Program-made: the position numbers and the translations under genes
NCBI RefSeq assembly: GCF_000743755.1
Contig: NW_014569511.1
Location: forward strand, 1-51,528
Reading direction: 5' to 3'
From: Blastocystis sp. subtype 4
Taxonomy: Eukaryota
Length of the DNA stretch: 51,528 bases
Notes under the pieces: model-generated
What the model was told of the DNA's origin: nothing
Seen by the model: the letters and a program-made list of their open reading frames with translations, nothing else
The model's database searches: none
Part shown: positions 24,509 through 36,582 of the stretch, piece after piece
Numbering within the stretch: position 1 is the stretch's first letter
Layout: every line of letters begins with the position of its first letter

Positions 24509-26284
24509 ATGATTCATACGGTACTCGAATCTATTCATCAAGAGAGATTGATCCAGAGTCTCTCCGAACAGCAGCAAGCTAATCTGTACAAAGATCTCTC
24601 CGACTTTGATAATTGCTATCATGGAGGAATTCAAGCCTATACAGAGAATGTGAAAAGGTTATTACAACACAATGATGCCACTCAGGAGTATGTGAGTGTC
24701 GAAGTGAGTCGAACGGATAGAATATAACTACTAGATTCCGATAGGAAAGGATATTGGGATTGGGAGTGCTGAACACGAATCATATGAGTTTGTTGGGAAG
24801 GATGAATTGAAATATTGTTGTTTTGCTATTGTTGGAGGTGGGATGGGAGAGCGTCTGAATAGTCCTCGACCCAAACTTTGTTTGGAGAGTAATGTGCTAA
24901 CCGGACAGTCCTTCCTTAGTCTTTATTTCTCCTATTTCCGAGCTATTGAGACACTCTATCACTGCACAGTCCCTGTTGCTATCATGACGAGTCGAGCGAC
25001 AAATGATCCGTTAGTACTTGGGCTCTATATAATGAATAGAATAAAGAAAGAATTGGAAGAAAATCAATACTACGGACTAAATCCGAATTCGGTTACTCTA
25101 ATGCCCCAAATCGAGGTTCCCTCTGTGATAGACTCCAATGGAACCCTTGCTATCAAAGAAGATGGTCACTTACTATTGAAACCACATGGTCATGGCGACA
25201 TCCATACACTTCTGTACCAGTATGGATTGCCGCAACAGTGGAAACGAATCAACAAGCGCCATATCATTTTCATGCAGGATACAAACATTCTAGCAATGTA
25301 TGGTTTTGCTTGTCTTCTAGGTCTCTCCGTTAGTAATCATCTTGACTTCACTTCCCTTGGAATTGTTCGAAAACCCGGAGAAAATGTGGGGAGTATCTGT
25401 AGATTACAAGATTCGAAGGGAAGACGATTAACCTGCAACATCGAATACTGTGATTTTGAACGCCTGCTTATGAATCTAACCGGAGTGGGTGACGAACCGA
25501 ATGAAAATGGAAACAGCAGCTATCCAGGCAACATTAATGTGTTATATGCCAACATCACTACTTATTTGCAAACACTAGATGAAACCCATGGGACCGTTCC
25601 AGAATTCATTAATCCAAAGTATGCAGATGATTCTCATACATATTTCAAAACACCAGCTCGATTAGAGTGTATGATGCAAGATTTGCCTCGTATTATGGCA
25701 CAGAAATCCCGTGTTGGGTACTGTAGTCTTCCTCGCTGGGCTTGTTTCTCTGCCGTAAAAAGAAATCCAGAGAGTGCAATTCAGGAAGCCAAGAAGACTG
25801 GATTTGGAGAATCCTTCTATTCAATGGAGGAAGATTTCTATAAGCTATTCCGAAGAGTGTTGCGAATGGAAAGAATCGATGTGGGAAGTCAAGAATGGGA
25901 TGAACGCATCACAGATCCAGATGGAATTCCCTCCTTACCAATTCTTGTTCTCTCTCCTGCGGCTTCATTGACATTATCGGACATGCACAGTCACTTCTGT
26001 GGATCCTTGAAGATGAGTGATAAATCCATTCTACTTATCGATGGAACCAATATATTCTTGGAAAATGTAGTTCTTGATGGTACGCTGATCATTCGTGCCT
26101 GTCCTGGAGCCAATGTCTATATCCGAGATGCAACAATTCAAAACGATGGGTGGATTATGAAGCGAAAACCAGAAGATCCTTTCCGAAGGTACGAAATCAT
26201 AATCTATGATCATCTAGATATGAATTGGAAAAGAGAGATGCAAGAGTCCTCATATTTAACGAGCCAGGAACGTACTATCTCTAA
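24509..26284 (+). CDS. USP: UDP-sugar pyrophosphorylase (USP, UDPGP family)
   Basis: GGGMGERL nucleotide-binding loop, IMTS, KPHGHGDIH, FMQDTN, NIEY, YPGNIN, EFINPKY, RLECMMQD, C-terminal beta-helix. Last intron gives ...EPGTYYL-TAA at 26284. Confidence 0.93.
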
Positions 26285-26331
26285 CTTGTTTTTTAAGATT
26301 AATTCCCGTGGCTATCGATTCTTTGTCAAAA

Positions 26332-27814
26332 ATGAGTGAGTCACAGACAAGCGAGGATCACCATATGATCCGGCATGTTCTACCATCCAGGGGAAGCAAT
26401 GACAGTTTGTCGGTTGTCGATATCGATATGCCGGTGATGACCTTTTGGCAGAAGTCGGAAGTTTATTTGAAAATGATATCTGTACCCCTAATTATTGTTG
26501 CTGTGACATTTGTTGGATTTCTTCTTCGTTTCTTTAGTGAAATCATCATCCCCACTATATTGGCCCTCTTTCTATTTCAAATTTCCAAGGTAATTGTTTT
26601 GTGGTTGCACCGACCGATTCTTCCGTATCTATCATATGAAGTTGAAGAAGTTCCTGATGAAGAGAAGATGCTAATAAATTCAGATGTTAGATTATCTATT
26701 GAATTATTACTATTAGAATCACCAAAAGAAGCTGGTATGGAAGTGGGCGACTCCTTATCGTTTTGTTTGTTCTACTGTAACTCTGCTTCTTCTTCTGATT
26801 ATTTGCCTCCTATTTATCATTCCAATTTCCGGTTCAGTAACTGTGTTGTTTTTCTTGTTATTAGATTCAATCATTTATGGTCAAGGACTACAAAATCTAT
26901 GCTATTCATGCCGAAGAAGTGATGTTGATTGGAGTTGTTGATTAATAGTTGTTGAATGCTACTGCTCGTTGGTGTAATGAGACAATGGGAATTGATCTCT
27001 TTGAACAACTCTCAGAGAAGATTTCGGTTGGAGATGTATTGAACCATTTGTCGTCCATGTTGATGAAATCGGTCGTTTGTATTGGGTTCACGTTCCTCAT
27101 TTACATGTTCCTATTATATGGTTCGTCAATGCGTACTTTTGAGAAGTCTTCCATTCGATATAAGATCGAGAACCAAATCACTCGTTATTTGATTATCAAG
27201 ACTGTATTATCTTTGTTAGCTGGCACCATTTCGTATTGCATCTACGGAGTGTTTCTTCATGTCCCAATGGCATTTATTTTTGCAATGCTCTTTTTCGCAC
27301 TGAATTTTATTCCTCATATTGTGATAATTCGGCTTTCTCTTGATCCTAGGGTCCCATCATTGCTACTTGTATTCCAGTTCCACTCGTTTTGTTCGACCCT
27401 CGATTCACAAATGTTCAGATTATTCTTGCTATTGCTCTCCCATCAGTGAGACATGGAGGGAGGATTCAGGGATAGATCATGAATTTCATTCTACAAGACT
27501 TCATTGAACCCAAGGTGTTGGGGGATTCGTTGCATTTGCATCCTGTAAGAATCGTTGTTTCTCTCAAACGAAGATTGTTGTCATTGTTTGTTTAGTTGTT
27601 TGGGCTATCATCTGGGGATCGATTGGAGCTGTATTTGCTGTCCCGTTGACTGCCTGTGTGAAGATTGCTCTTCATAATGTTGACCATCCTTATGCCAAAG
27701 TGGGAATGTAGAAGTGAAGTAAGTGGTAGATCGTTGATGCATGGCTTGCAGGTGATTTCTGTTGTGTTCACATCCATGATAACGACGAAAAGCAAGAGGA
27801 TGTCATAGCTGTAT
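26332..27814 (+). CDS. AI-2E (TqsA/PerM, UPF0118) family transporter; stop probably completed by poly(A)
   Basis: Multi-TM, with RYLIIKTVLSLLAG, FALNFIPHIG, FIEPKVLGDSLHLHP, WAIIWGSIGAVFAVPLTA. Genomic TAG is at 27828, but an in-frame T at 27814 is 5 nt before TGTTTCTT. Confidence 0.85.
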
Positions 27815-27818
27815 GTTG

Positions 27819-27833
27819 TGTTTCTTAGAAACA
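27819..27833. terminator. Overlapping bidirectional 3'-end motif TGTTTCT-T-AGAAACA (AI-2E / DCN1-like)
   Basis: Perfect 7-bp inverted repeat; each strand has a codon-position-1 T exactly 5 nt upstream (27814 +, 27838 -). Confidence 0.7.
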
Positions 27834-27837
27834 GCTG

Positions 27838-28533
27838 ACAGCTGAGAAACAAAATCACACAATAAGAGTGGCCAAGCACGCTGAGGATCAAATCCAATTA
27901 CAGAAGATCCATACGACTCGAAGAATAGAAACGTCATCTTCCATTCATCCATTCGAATTCCTTCATCTTCGTTGCGTACTTGCTCCAGATACACGGTAAA
28001 TGAGGGAAGAAGAGGGTAGTCAAAAAAGAGATTAAGCATTGCTATTGCTGTTGATATATGAAGGCGTTTACGTAGTGAGTCTTGTTGAGCACGAACAGCA
28101 TACATGAACGAATAGTCGTATACAGCCTATCTGTAAGAAGAAGTAGTAAACAGAACGCGATATAGGTCCCGGTTGCACAATTGTATCCGGAGGTGTGGAA
28201 TGAGTTCTGCCAAATCTTTGTATGTTTTTACGGTACTATTGAAACCATTCCAAGTAGTCCTTTCTATAACTCGACATAATTCGCCTCTTGTGATAACATA
28301 CATACACTTCCATTCCATCAAATATGCAAAATACAGAACAATAATATCCTAATATTCAAATCAAAATGCAAAACAAACGGTTTCAACGTCAATGCCAACC
28401 AAGTCAAACAATTTCACGACACCAGATAATGTTAATCGGTTCGAATCATGTGGATCTACCATGAAGACAGCTTTATGGATGTACTTGCATAATCACGAAA
28501 GATATCCATTATTGGAGAATCGGATGTGATCAT
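27838..28533 (-). CDS. DCN1-like (defective in cullin neddylation) PONY-domain protein, no UBA; stop probably completed by poly(A)
   Basis: LTLSGVVKLFDLVGIDVET|DIIVLYFAY and the C-terminus IRMDEWKMTFLF...FDPQRAWPLLLCDFV match the DCN1 D-W...AWP..DxFV signature. Genomic TGA is at 27803. Confidence 0.8.
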
Positions 28534-28642
28534 GATATGTTGATCAATTCGATAACGAATAAGTCCAAATCAACCACTCACCAAGACCCCGGTTTGGCAA
28601 AGGCAAGTTTGCCTCCGAAACTCTCTAGATATTGGTTATGCG

Positions 28643-31600
28643 ATGAGTTCAAATCAATCTTCGTCGTCAACTCCATTCAATCCTTTTCTTAAGAGAGTAT
28701 GAAGCATGTCTTCCCTTTGATTAGCAGAATGCAGTAGCAACCACCACTTCTCCGACGCCGACTTCATCTGGAGGACGTTCAACTATGACATCTCCATTTG
28801 GTGCCGGAGTCAAGCCGGTAACTCCATTTCCCAGTCCATCTGCGCCTGTTACGGGATCGATTCCTCCATTCCCCTCGGCTACAACGGCTCCTCCTCCAAT
28901 GGCTACTCCCTTTATGCCAAGAACAAGTGTTACATCTGCACCTCCACTTTCGAGTGCAATTCCTCCTCCACCGGTTGAAGGAACCTCCCCTCTACCCGAG
29001 ATGTCGCCTTCAACTGGAACGGCTGGTTCGTCACGAATGAAGAAGGGAATGACAGCAGCACAACTGTATTCACTTCACACGATTGGTGGAGGTGGGTGCT
29101 ATGGTTGTTTCCAATGTGTAGAGACGGCACACACTTCTACTGTGGCAGAGAACGCTGCTGAGAATCAGAAAGTTCAAGAAGTACCTAAAGAAGAGAAGGT
29201 GAGCCAATCCTCGAAGAATTGACGATTAGCCTATGAAACCTTGTAGTAGCAGCGATCGAATCAATTTGAACCGAATTCCACATCCAGAAGATACGGATCA
29301 TATGTTATCCTATTCATTCGAAACAGATGAGGATTATGTGAGTGTTAGTTTATTTACCCCAATTCATTGTATAGACGTTACCCTACCCCTGCAATCAATA
29401 TATCTTCAAAGATACAGGGAATGCCAATCCTCGTTACATGCGACCAACGATGCGTGTTCTTCCTCAAAGCTATTATATGTTTAATAAGGCTAAAGTCCCT
29501 GCATCGATCTTTATCACTCCCTTTGCCGAACCGGAGGTTGGAGAGGAATCGCTCCCTGAAGTAGATGGACGTCAAGGTCTGGTCCGTTGTCAATCATGTT
29601 GGGCGTACATGAATCCCTATTGCACCTTCATCAATCAAGGTCATAATTACGTTTGTAACCTTTGTGGCACAGAAAATCCTGTTCCATCGTGGTATTATGG
29701 GACTACGGATATGGATGGAAAGCGATTTGATCGTTTGGAACGACCTGAACTTTCCCGCGGTTCTTATGATATTATCGCGGGAAAGGAGTTTTACGAGCGT
29801 CAGGATCCCAAACCAATCTTCTGTTTTGTAGTAGATGTGACTCGAAATGCTCATTCGCTTGGTGTGTTTGCAGCAACAGTGAGTGCGATTGATGCATGTG
29901 TGGAGATGTTAAAAGAGAATGAGCGTGCTCTTGTTGGTATTTGCATTGTAGACACAAACTGTCATATGTTGAGTGTGCGCGTATAACTGTGTGGGGTCTA
30001 TTACTAGTAGAATCATCGAATTCACGAAGTTATGATGGCTGACACAGATGAAGCGTATGCTGTGACTCATGCTTCTCAGTGGTTGCTGTCACCTGCTTCA
30101 CAACCAGAGGATCTGACTCTCTTATTGGATTATCTTCGTCAGGCATATTCACCTCCTGCTTATGTCCCAGCTGAGCACAATATGATTATGTCTGCTGTGA
30201 AGACTGTAGCTGGAGCCCTTGCTTATTGTGGAGGACATATCATTGCAGTGGAGAGTATCGCTCCCATGTTAGGACCTGGTCGTGTATCAGCAACAGAAAA
30301 TGGGAGTATTTATGGCACAGATGATGAATCCGTGTTGTATGGCTAGTCAGGAGAGTATTCTGTAGATATTTGTGTTCACAAGATCAGTCATATTACACAG
30401 AATTAGGAACAGCATGTGCTCTAAGTGATATATGTGTTGATGTAAGGAAATGGATTGATAAGATGATGGCACAGATCATTGTAGCTTGTAAGGAGCATGT
30501 TCATCTTGCTGAACAGCAGATTGTGACTTATCATACAGGTTAAGATTCAATGGTGATATTACGAATAGGAGGTCATGTGTATGTTCTGAATGATCTGGAA
30601 AGTGAGTATCATGATTCTTATCTCACTGAACTTCATGCTTACATCCAGAATCTTGTCATTCAACCTCATTATTCGAATGTTATCATGAAACTACGTATTT
30701 CTGGAGGTACAATAATAGCCATGTTTTTATCCATAGGAATCAAAGTGGAATCATATTGTGGTTGTATCACACTCAATGAAGATGGGGATCCCATTGCTTC
30801 TCTCTTTGATAGTGATTCTACTGTTGAAATATCATTGGATATTCCCAAGTACCTCACAGATCAGTCAATCTATGCTCAAATCGCGGTTTTATATCCTTAT
30901 CATTTTTACTAATGAAACTCCCTTCATTCGCACATATACCAATGATCAGGGACAACGACGAATTCGTATATTCAATCAGCGTTATCAGACCACTGAAACC
31001 TACCCACGGTTTTTCAAAGGAATTGATGGAACCGCAATTGCAATGTCATTGGCTCGTACAGCTTCTATCCAATCAGATACGATTCCATTGACAGAAGTAC
31101 GTGGGAACCTTCAGGACACCGTTGAGGAGATTCTGATTCAGTATCGAGCCCAATGTAGTCCCAGCAGCAGTACGGGTCAATTGGTATTACCAGAGAATGG
31201 AAAGTTCTTGCCTCTGTGGCTGAACTGTCTGCTTAAGTCCCCGTTGCTGCTGTTGAATGAGCAAGGAAAGAGAGATGTGTTGAATGTTGTTCCCAGAGGA
31301 GATATTCGTGCATGGGCGTTTCAGGTGACAAAAATAGTGGAGATTTTAGTGATAGTATGTTCTGCAGTGTTCTCCGAGTCAGTTCTTACGTCTGATGTAT
31401 CCTACGTTGTACAAACTGGATCCCTTGGATACCCAGTGGGGTACAGTGGATGACCAGTCAGGATATGTGAGAAAGCCTTGTTATCTCTTCCTAACATCAG
31501 CTTCGCTGGATCTAAGTTCGATGTATCTGTTCTCATGTTGGAGAGGGTGAGTATGAATGAAGTGACTGAGCTTCTAGACTGATCTTCATAGTAGGAAATC

Positions 31601-31925
31601 AGGTACCAAGTGAAGTGTTAATGAGTCTGTTTGGAGTGAATTCTATTCCAGATTCATTGACAGCAGCTCGAGTGACACTGTTATCTGAAGGAGATGAATT
31701 CTGTAATCGTGTGAATGTGTTGGTGAGTGACTTCCAATCCAGATATGGATACTATCTCCAAGTAAGAGAATGAGTATGAGTATAAGATATAGCCACGTGT
31801 GGTACTGAGAGGTACTACGGAAGCTAGTCGTATTATGGAGTTAATGACAGAAGATGCCATTCGATCTACTCCTTCCTTCTCTGATTTCTTAATGCAGATT
31901 CATTCGAATATTATTGCTAGTGTGT
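28643..31925 (+). CDS. SEC24: COPII coat protein Sec24 (multi-exon); stop probably completed by poly(A)
   Basis: Pro-rich N-terminus, zinc finger RCQSCWAYMNP...CNLC, RPELSRGSYD, trunk FVVDVT, YTNDQGQRRIRI, GQLVLPE, C-terminus EDAIRSTPSFSDFLMQIH. In-frame T at 31925 is 5 nt before TATTTGTT; genomic TAA 4 codons later. Confidence 0.95.
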
Positions 31926-31929
31926 TGTG

Positions 31930-31945
31930 TATTTGTTAATAAACA
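31930..31945. terminator. Abutting bidirectional 3'-end motifs TATTTGTT / AATAAACA (Sec24 / GH38-like)
   Basis: + TATTTGTT 31930-31937; - TGTTTATT 31945-31938. Confidence 0.65.
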
Positions 31946-31966
31946 TGAACACGTTGCTATCACATC

Positions 31967-34900
31967 TCAATCTGTAAAAAGGAAGCTTCGAATCTGCTGA
32001 GGAAGGAATTCCACTTTGCTCATGTCGCTGGCATCTCGTACAATACCTCCTGACTTGACTCCATCCTCTCCTGTCCATAGGAATCGTTGTTCTTCAATAT
32101 CTCGATTCTCACAAATACCAAACAATGAGACCTCCTTCATATTCTTCATTCCAACTGAGTTCAATAAATTCACTAGATTCACAGTCACTAGATTCTCTTC
32201 ATTCTTCACTGTAGCGCTTGCCTCTGCTGTGTTCTGCAAACGCATTAGGTAACTGTGTTGAAGGCTATTCAGACGTTGGAAGGAGAGAATCACAATCTGA
32301 TTTGGTAGAGAGCTTTTGAACAATGTGACAATATGTTTCAGATTCATATTGTTCTTATTCTCCTTCGTATTATTGTAATACATGAAGAAATGAGGATGAA
32401 ATATCATACTACTAAATCTGAAGAATTAATGGATTCCGTAAATACGTACAATTTCTCACTATTCGCAAATAATCCCTTATCGGATCGTTCAATCATCATA
32501 GCTACTTGCTGTTCTGCTATGTTTAGATCCACACGTTTCTCATCATCATTCACAGGCACATCTCGTGTCACTCCTCCCATAGTTAATGGAATAAACACTG
32601 TTCCTTCTGTCACCATCACTCCACGAGGTCGATCGAAGTAGAAAGAGGCACGAGCCACATCCTGTTTCGATCGATCCAAATCCTCGTCCTGGATGAAGAC
32701 TTCGTTGGAAGCAGCAAAAACATTACGATGAGTCCAAGAAGCCGCCTTAACAGGGTCCTCAGGTAGAACCTCGGCCTCTCGCAGCTGAGTTCCATAACCG
32801 TTCACATCGACATGAATTCGATTCTTATTCTGAATATCTTGAAGTCGGTGAACAAGAACCAGATCACCTTCAGAAGGACTCTGCTTGATGAAGATGGATT
32901 GATCAATGAGATGACCTCGAGAAGGAATCTTCTTGTTCACGTTGATCGATTTGATAACGCGTGTGACCACAGTAACAGCAGGTGAGTAACGCTGAACCAT
33001 CACATTGACTAAGGGACCTCGTAGAGCAGAAAATGAGAGAGGTTGTGAAGGAGCCACATAACGAGAAAGGAACTAATCATGACTCTTCAATTCAATCACA
33101 ACTGGATTGTAATATTTCTCTTGTCCTGGCTGTGCATCTGAAGGTTGAACTATTCCATCTCTTGTCTTCATAACACACACCTCACTCTCCCACGCATAGA
33201 CCACTTTATCCAACTTTGAAGTCACATTCGTAAACCGTCCTATGGTTCATTCCTCATCCAATTTCTACCAGTATCATCAAATTCAATTCGATATGCATCA
33301 CCATCAAAATACTTGCCTTGAATAGGCTTAGATAAGCCCTCATCTCTTTCTTGACCTTCACAGTACCGTAGAATGTAGCTGGTGTATCCATTCGCATTCA
33401 ATTTCACTAGAAGGACCAATTCCCAGAGATCTTCTTCAATACGTGTTAACTGCTGACGGACCTTCATCTTCTGACTATTGTAAGCACAAATCATTTCTGT
33501 TGCCGTACGCAATCGAATGAAACTCTTCACACTATCAGGATAAGCATTAAACACGACCACACCGATCTCCTTCTTCTGATTCCACTCGAGGGTTCGATGG
33601 TAAATGCTGAACAGAGAGTCTGAATCAATCTCATCTGGACTCACTCGTTCACTAATGCCAATCAATGAAGCAATCATCTTCCCAGCTACACGCTCTGCTG
33701 TGAGAATACTGCGATGATAAGAGAGATAACTTTGTGAACTCTCAACTCCTTTGACGTCAGCATCAGAAAGTATTTGACGTGGAGATAGAGCGATACCTGT
33801 GTCCTGACGAGTTCGAACAAGCCAGTAGTATATTTGATCGTCTGGCTTTTCACGAGGTAAGTACGCATTTCCAAAATATGCAACTATATCTGGAGTTACT
33901 TGTGGTACGGTGGCGCAAGTTCGATGGATGGAGCAATAGGCATAGTAACGCTCGAAAATGTCTCGGAATCTGGAAGCAAGACTATCCTATCAACCTCTCT
34001 CTTTCATTTCTCACTGCATTCGATACGATCGAAGAGGTGATGCAGCGAAGAAACCAGTATAATACGAAGGAGGTTGCAATGGAAGCAATTCATACTGACG
34101 AACTGGAGGAGTTACATTGGATCCATATACATCAAGAAGATATCTGTACAGTGATGTGGGTCTAGAGATGATGGGATGTCAAAAGAACTACGCAGCAATG
34201 ATTCCATCTGTCAGTTTCTCGAGTGTAGCATCCAACGCTGACAAGGATAAATCAGAAGAAGAATCAGAAGAGATTGGCCATAGGATTAACACTCGGTTAT
34301 CCGTCTGGAGATGGCTGAGCTCCGCCTGAAGAAGTGTTTTCACTTGTGATACGGCTGATTCTCCATTCTCACGAACTGCTTTCAGAGCTGTCCATAAAGG
34401 AGTCATTGCTTCTGCATTTCCACAAATATGGACTAAAATACGTGATTCTCCGCCCATAAATGGATCAGTTTCCCATAAAAACTCCTCGCTATTGGCTTGT
34501 CGGACAGCATCCCAATATGCTGAGTCTGCTCCATCAACCACAGCCATCTCCACTCCTCCTTGCTTCAATAACTTCAGTGCCTGACTACTCACAGCGTGTT
34601 GTGGTGGGATATATGCAGTGGGGCATCGATAAGAGAAGACATCATTGAGCCATTGTTGGGCGTCAGCGTAGTCCGCAAGAAGATCTTCATAACTCACACC
34701 CTCATGACATGATCCGCTCCAGCCAGCCAGACTGAACTCCAGTTGTCCTTTCGTTACAAGCGAACGAACAGTTTCACGCATAGCATCATCTCGATTGCGG
34801 AACCATCGCTCGAAAAATTGCAGTTCTGTCCATCTACCATGTGAGATGAAATTTTTGAATACGTGGCCACTTGTCTAGGATTCTTCTGGAGATTCGTGAC

Positions 34901-35843
34901 AATGAGGTCTAATTGAGCACTTGCTTCCTAATGTGAATTTTTCCAAGTATCCTTACTTCATACGTCTTGACTTGTCCTCCTATGGGAATCACATATAGTT
35001 TGATACGAGAGGAATCACTCCATCCTTCTGATGGAGCTTGTGGTACCTGACCAAGGAACGAAGTAGGCGGAGTCAGAGGAGAGAGAATACGAGAAGAGGC
35101 TAAATTGAGAGTAGTAAGAGAATCTCGCTCCTCAAGTGCTTGGAGGTGGATCTTGGAAGCAAGAGGAACCACCATTGGAGGAGGTGTAACCACATTGGGA
35201 GCACCACTCTCTGGAACATTTTGCTTCTTTTCTTCCGTTTTGTCCTTTCCTTTCTGAGACTTTTTACCCCATCGGCTCTTCTTCTTGTCTCCTTTCTTCT
35301 TATCGTCCTTGTACTCCAACTCCCTGCTAACATCGGCAATCAAGTCACGATACTTTTTATCTTGCGCTACGTAGTCATAATTGTCATCCCAATAGTCTAA
35401 AACAGAAACCGGTTTTGAGGAAGACAACACTTTACCTTCTTTGTAGTAGTTTTGATATCCTTTCACACGAGCAATATCCCATATATCATTCTCAAATTCA
35501 TCTTCACTCAACGGATCAACACCAGCAAGATTGAGATCTCCAAGATAAATGACATGATCCTTTATCACTATGACAATTAGATCATATGGTATTCCGATCC
35601 CTACATTCTGTTTTCTTCAACTGAGGTTCTCCTTCAAAATAGACAGGATCCGCTTTTGGTTCTTGTGTAATCTTACGAACAAGTTTTTTGTAGTTGATAG
35701 TCTAAGATATTATCAATACGAGATAAATAACGTACATTGACACGATGAACCTCTCGCCTTAGTCGGAATGCGAGAAGGATGACCAATCCAAGAAAAATTA
35801 GATTCACAACACTGTCAATCGCCTTTCTCGTCCGGTACTTCAT
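31967..35843 (-). CDS. GH38 (Golgi alpha-mannosidase II)-like type II membrane protein, catalytic motifs degenerate
   Basis: N-terminal TM anchor (VVNLIFLGLVILLAF), GQLEFSLAGW, EFLWE, VVVFNAY, C-terminus FLPQQIRSF all match the GH38 layout. Confidence 0.78.
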
Positions 35844-35928
35844 TATCAATGAACTGAACAAACGAGATATTTCAATGAACAAACAAACGCACTTCAGTAG
35901 TGAAACAATACAATATAAGAATTCTGCA

Positions 35929-36206
35929 TCATCCACGACGAGCAGCAAGTACAGTTCCATTTGAGTCCGTAATAATACGTACACGATCCAGACGATAATC
36001 CATTGTAGCTGGAGAATGCTATCTCATCAACTTCAAAGATCACTTATACTTCAGTAAGAACTTGAATGCGAACATCAGGACATTCTTTACTAACCATTTC
36101 GTGTGCTTCTTCCGCCTTCTTTCCTACACATTCTGGCCAACTATGTTTCTTTGGGATATCCATATATTTACTTCATTTTCATATCTTCTGCATGATCAAA
36201 GAGCAT
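35929..36206 (-). CDS. Potato inhibitor I family (MEROPS I13) serine protease inhibitor, 71 aa, 3 exons
   Basis: Removing introns 36171-36141 and 36049-36019 gives MLFDHAEDMKMNWPECVGKKAEEAHEMVSKECPDVRIQVLTEHSPATMDYRLDRVRIITDSNGTVLAARRG, with WPExVG and TxDxRxxRVR signatures. Not in the ORF track. Confidence 0.92.
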
Positions 36207-36582
36207 TTTGATATAAAGGATAATCTACTAAGCTATTAATGACTGTTCCTTTTCAAGTGGCTCTGTAGTATTTCTAATTGTCCGATAATCCGAAATGACA
36301 ATTTGTTCCACATAACAGAGTCTCTTCTCTTGAACTTTGGAACCCATTCGTTAGTGAATTGATATCCTCTATGCGATCTAGATCAGTGTAGTTTATGGCA
36401 AGTATTGGTCTCTGGAATTCAAAAGAATTGGGTCAACTATGGATCCATATGGTCCCTAACTTTCGCATGTTTTTCCACAGACCCAATTAATTATGAAGGC
36501 AGCTGCAGAATTAGGGTACCTTTCCCCATTTCCCCAATTAGGAAATCATCACTTTTCTTTCCATTGGAACTGTTATTGAATC

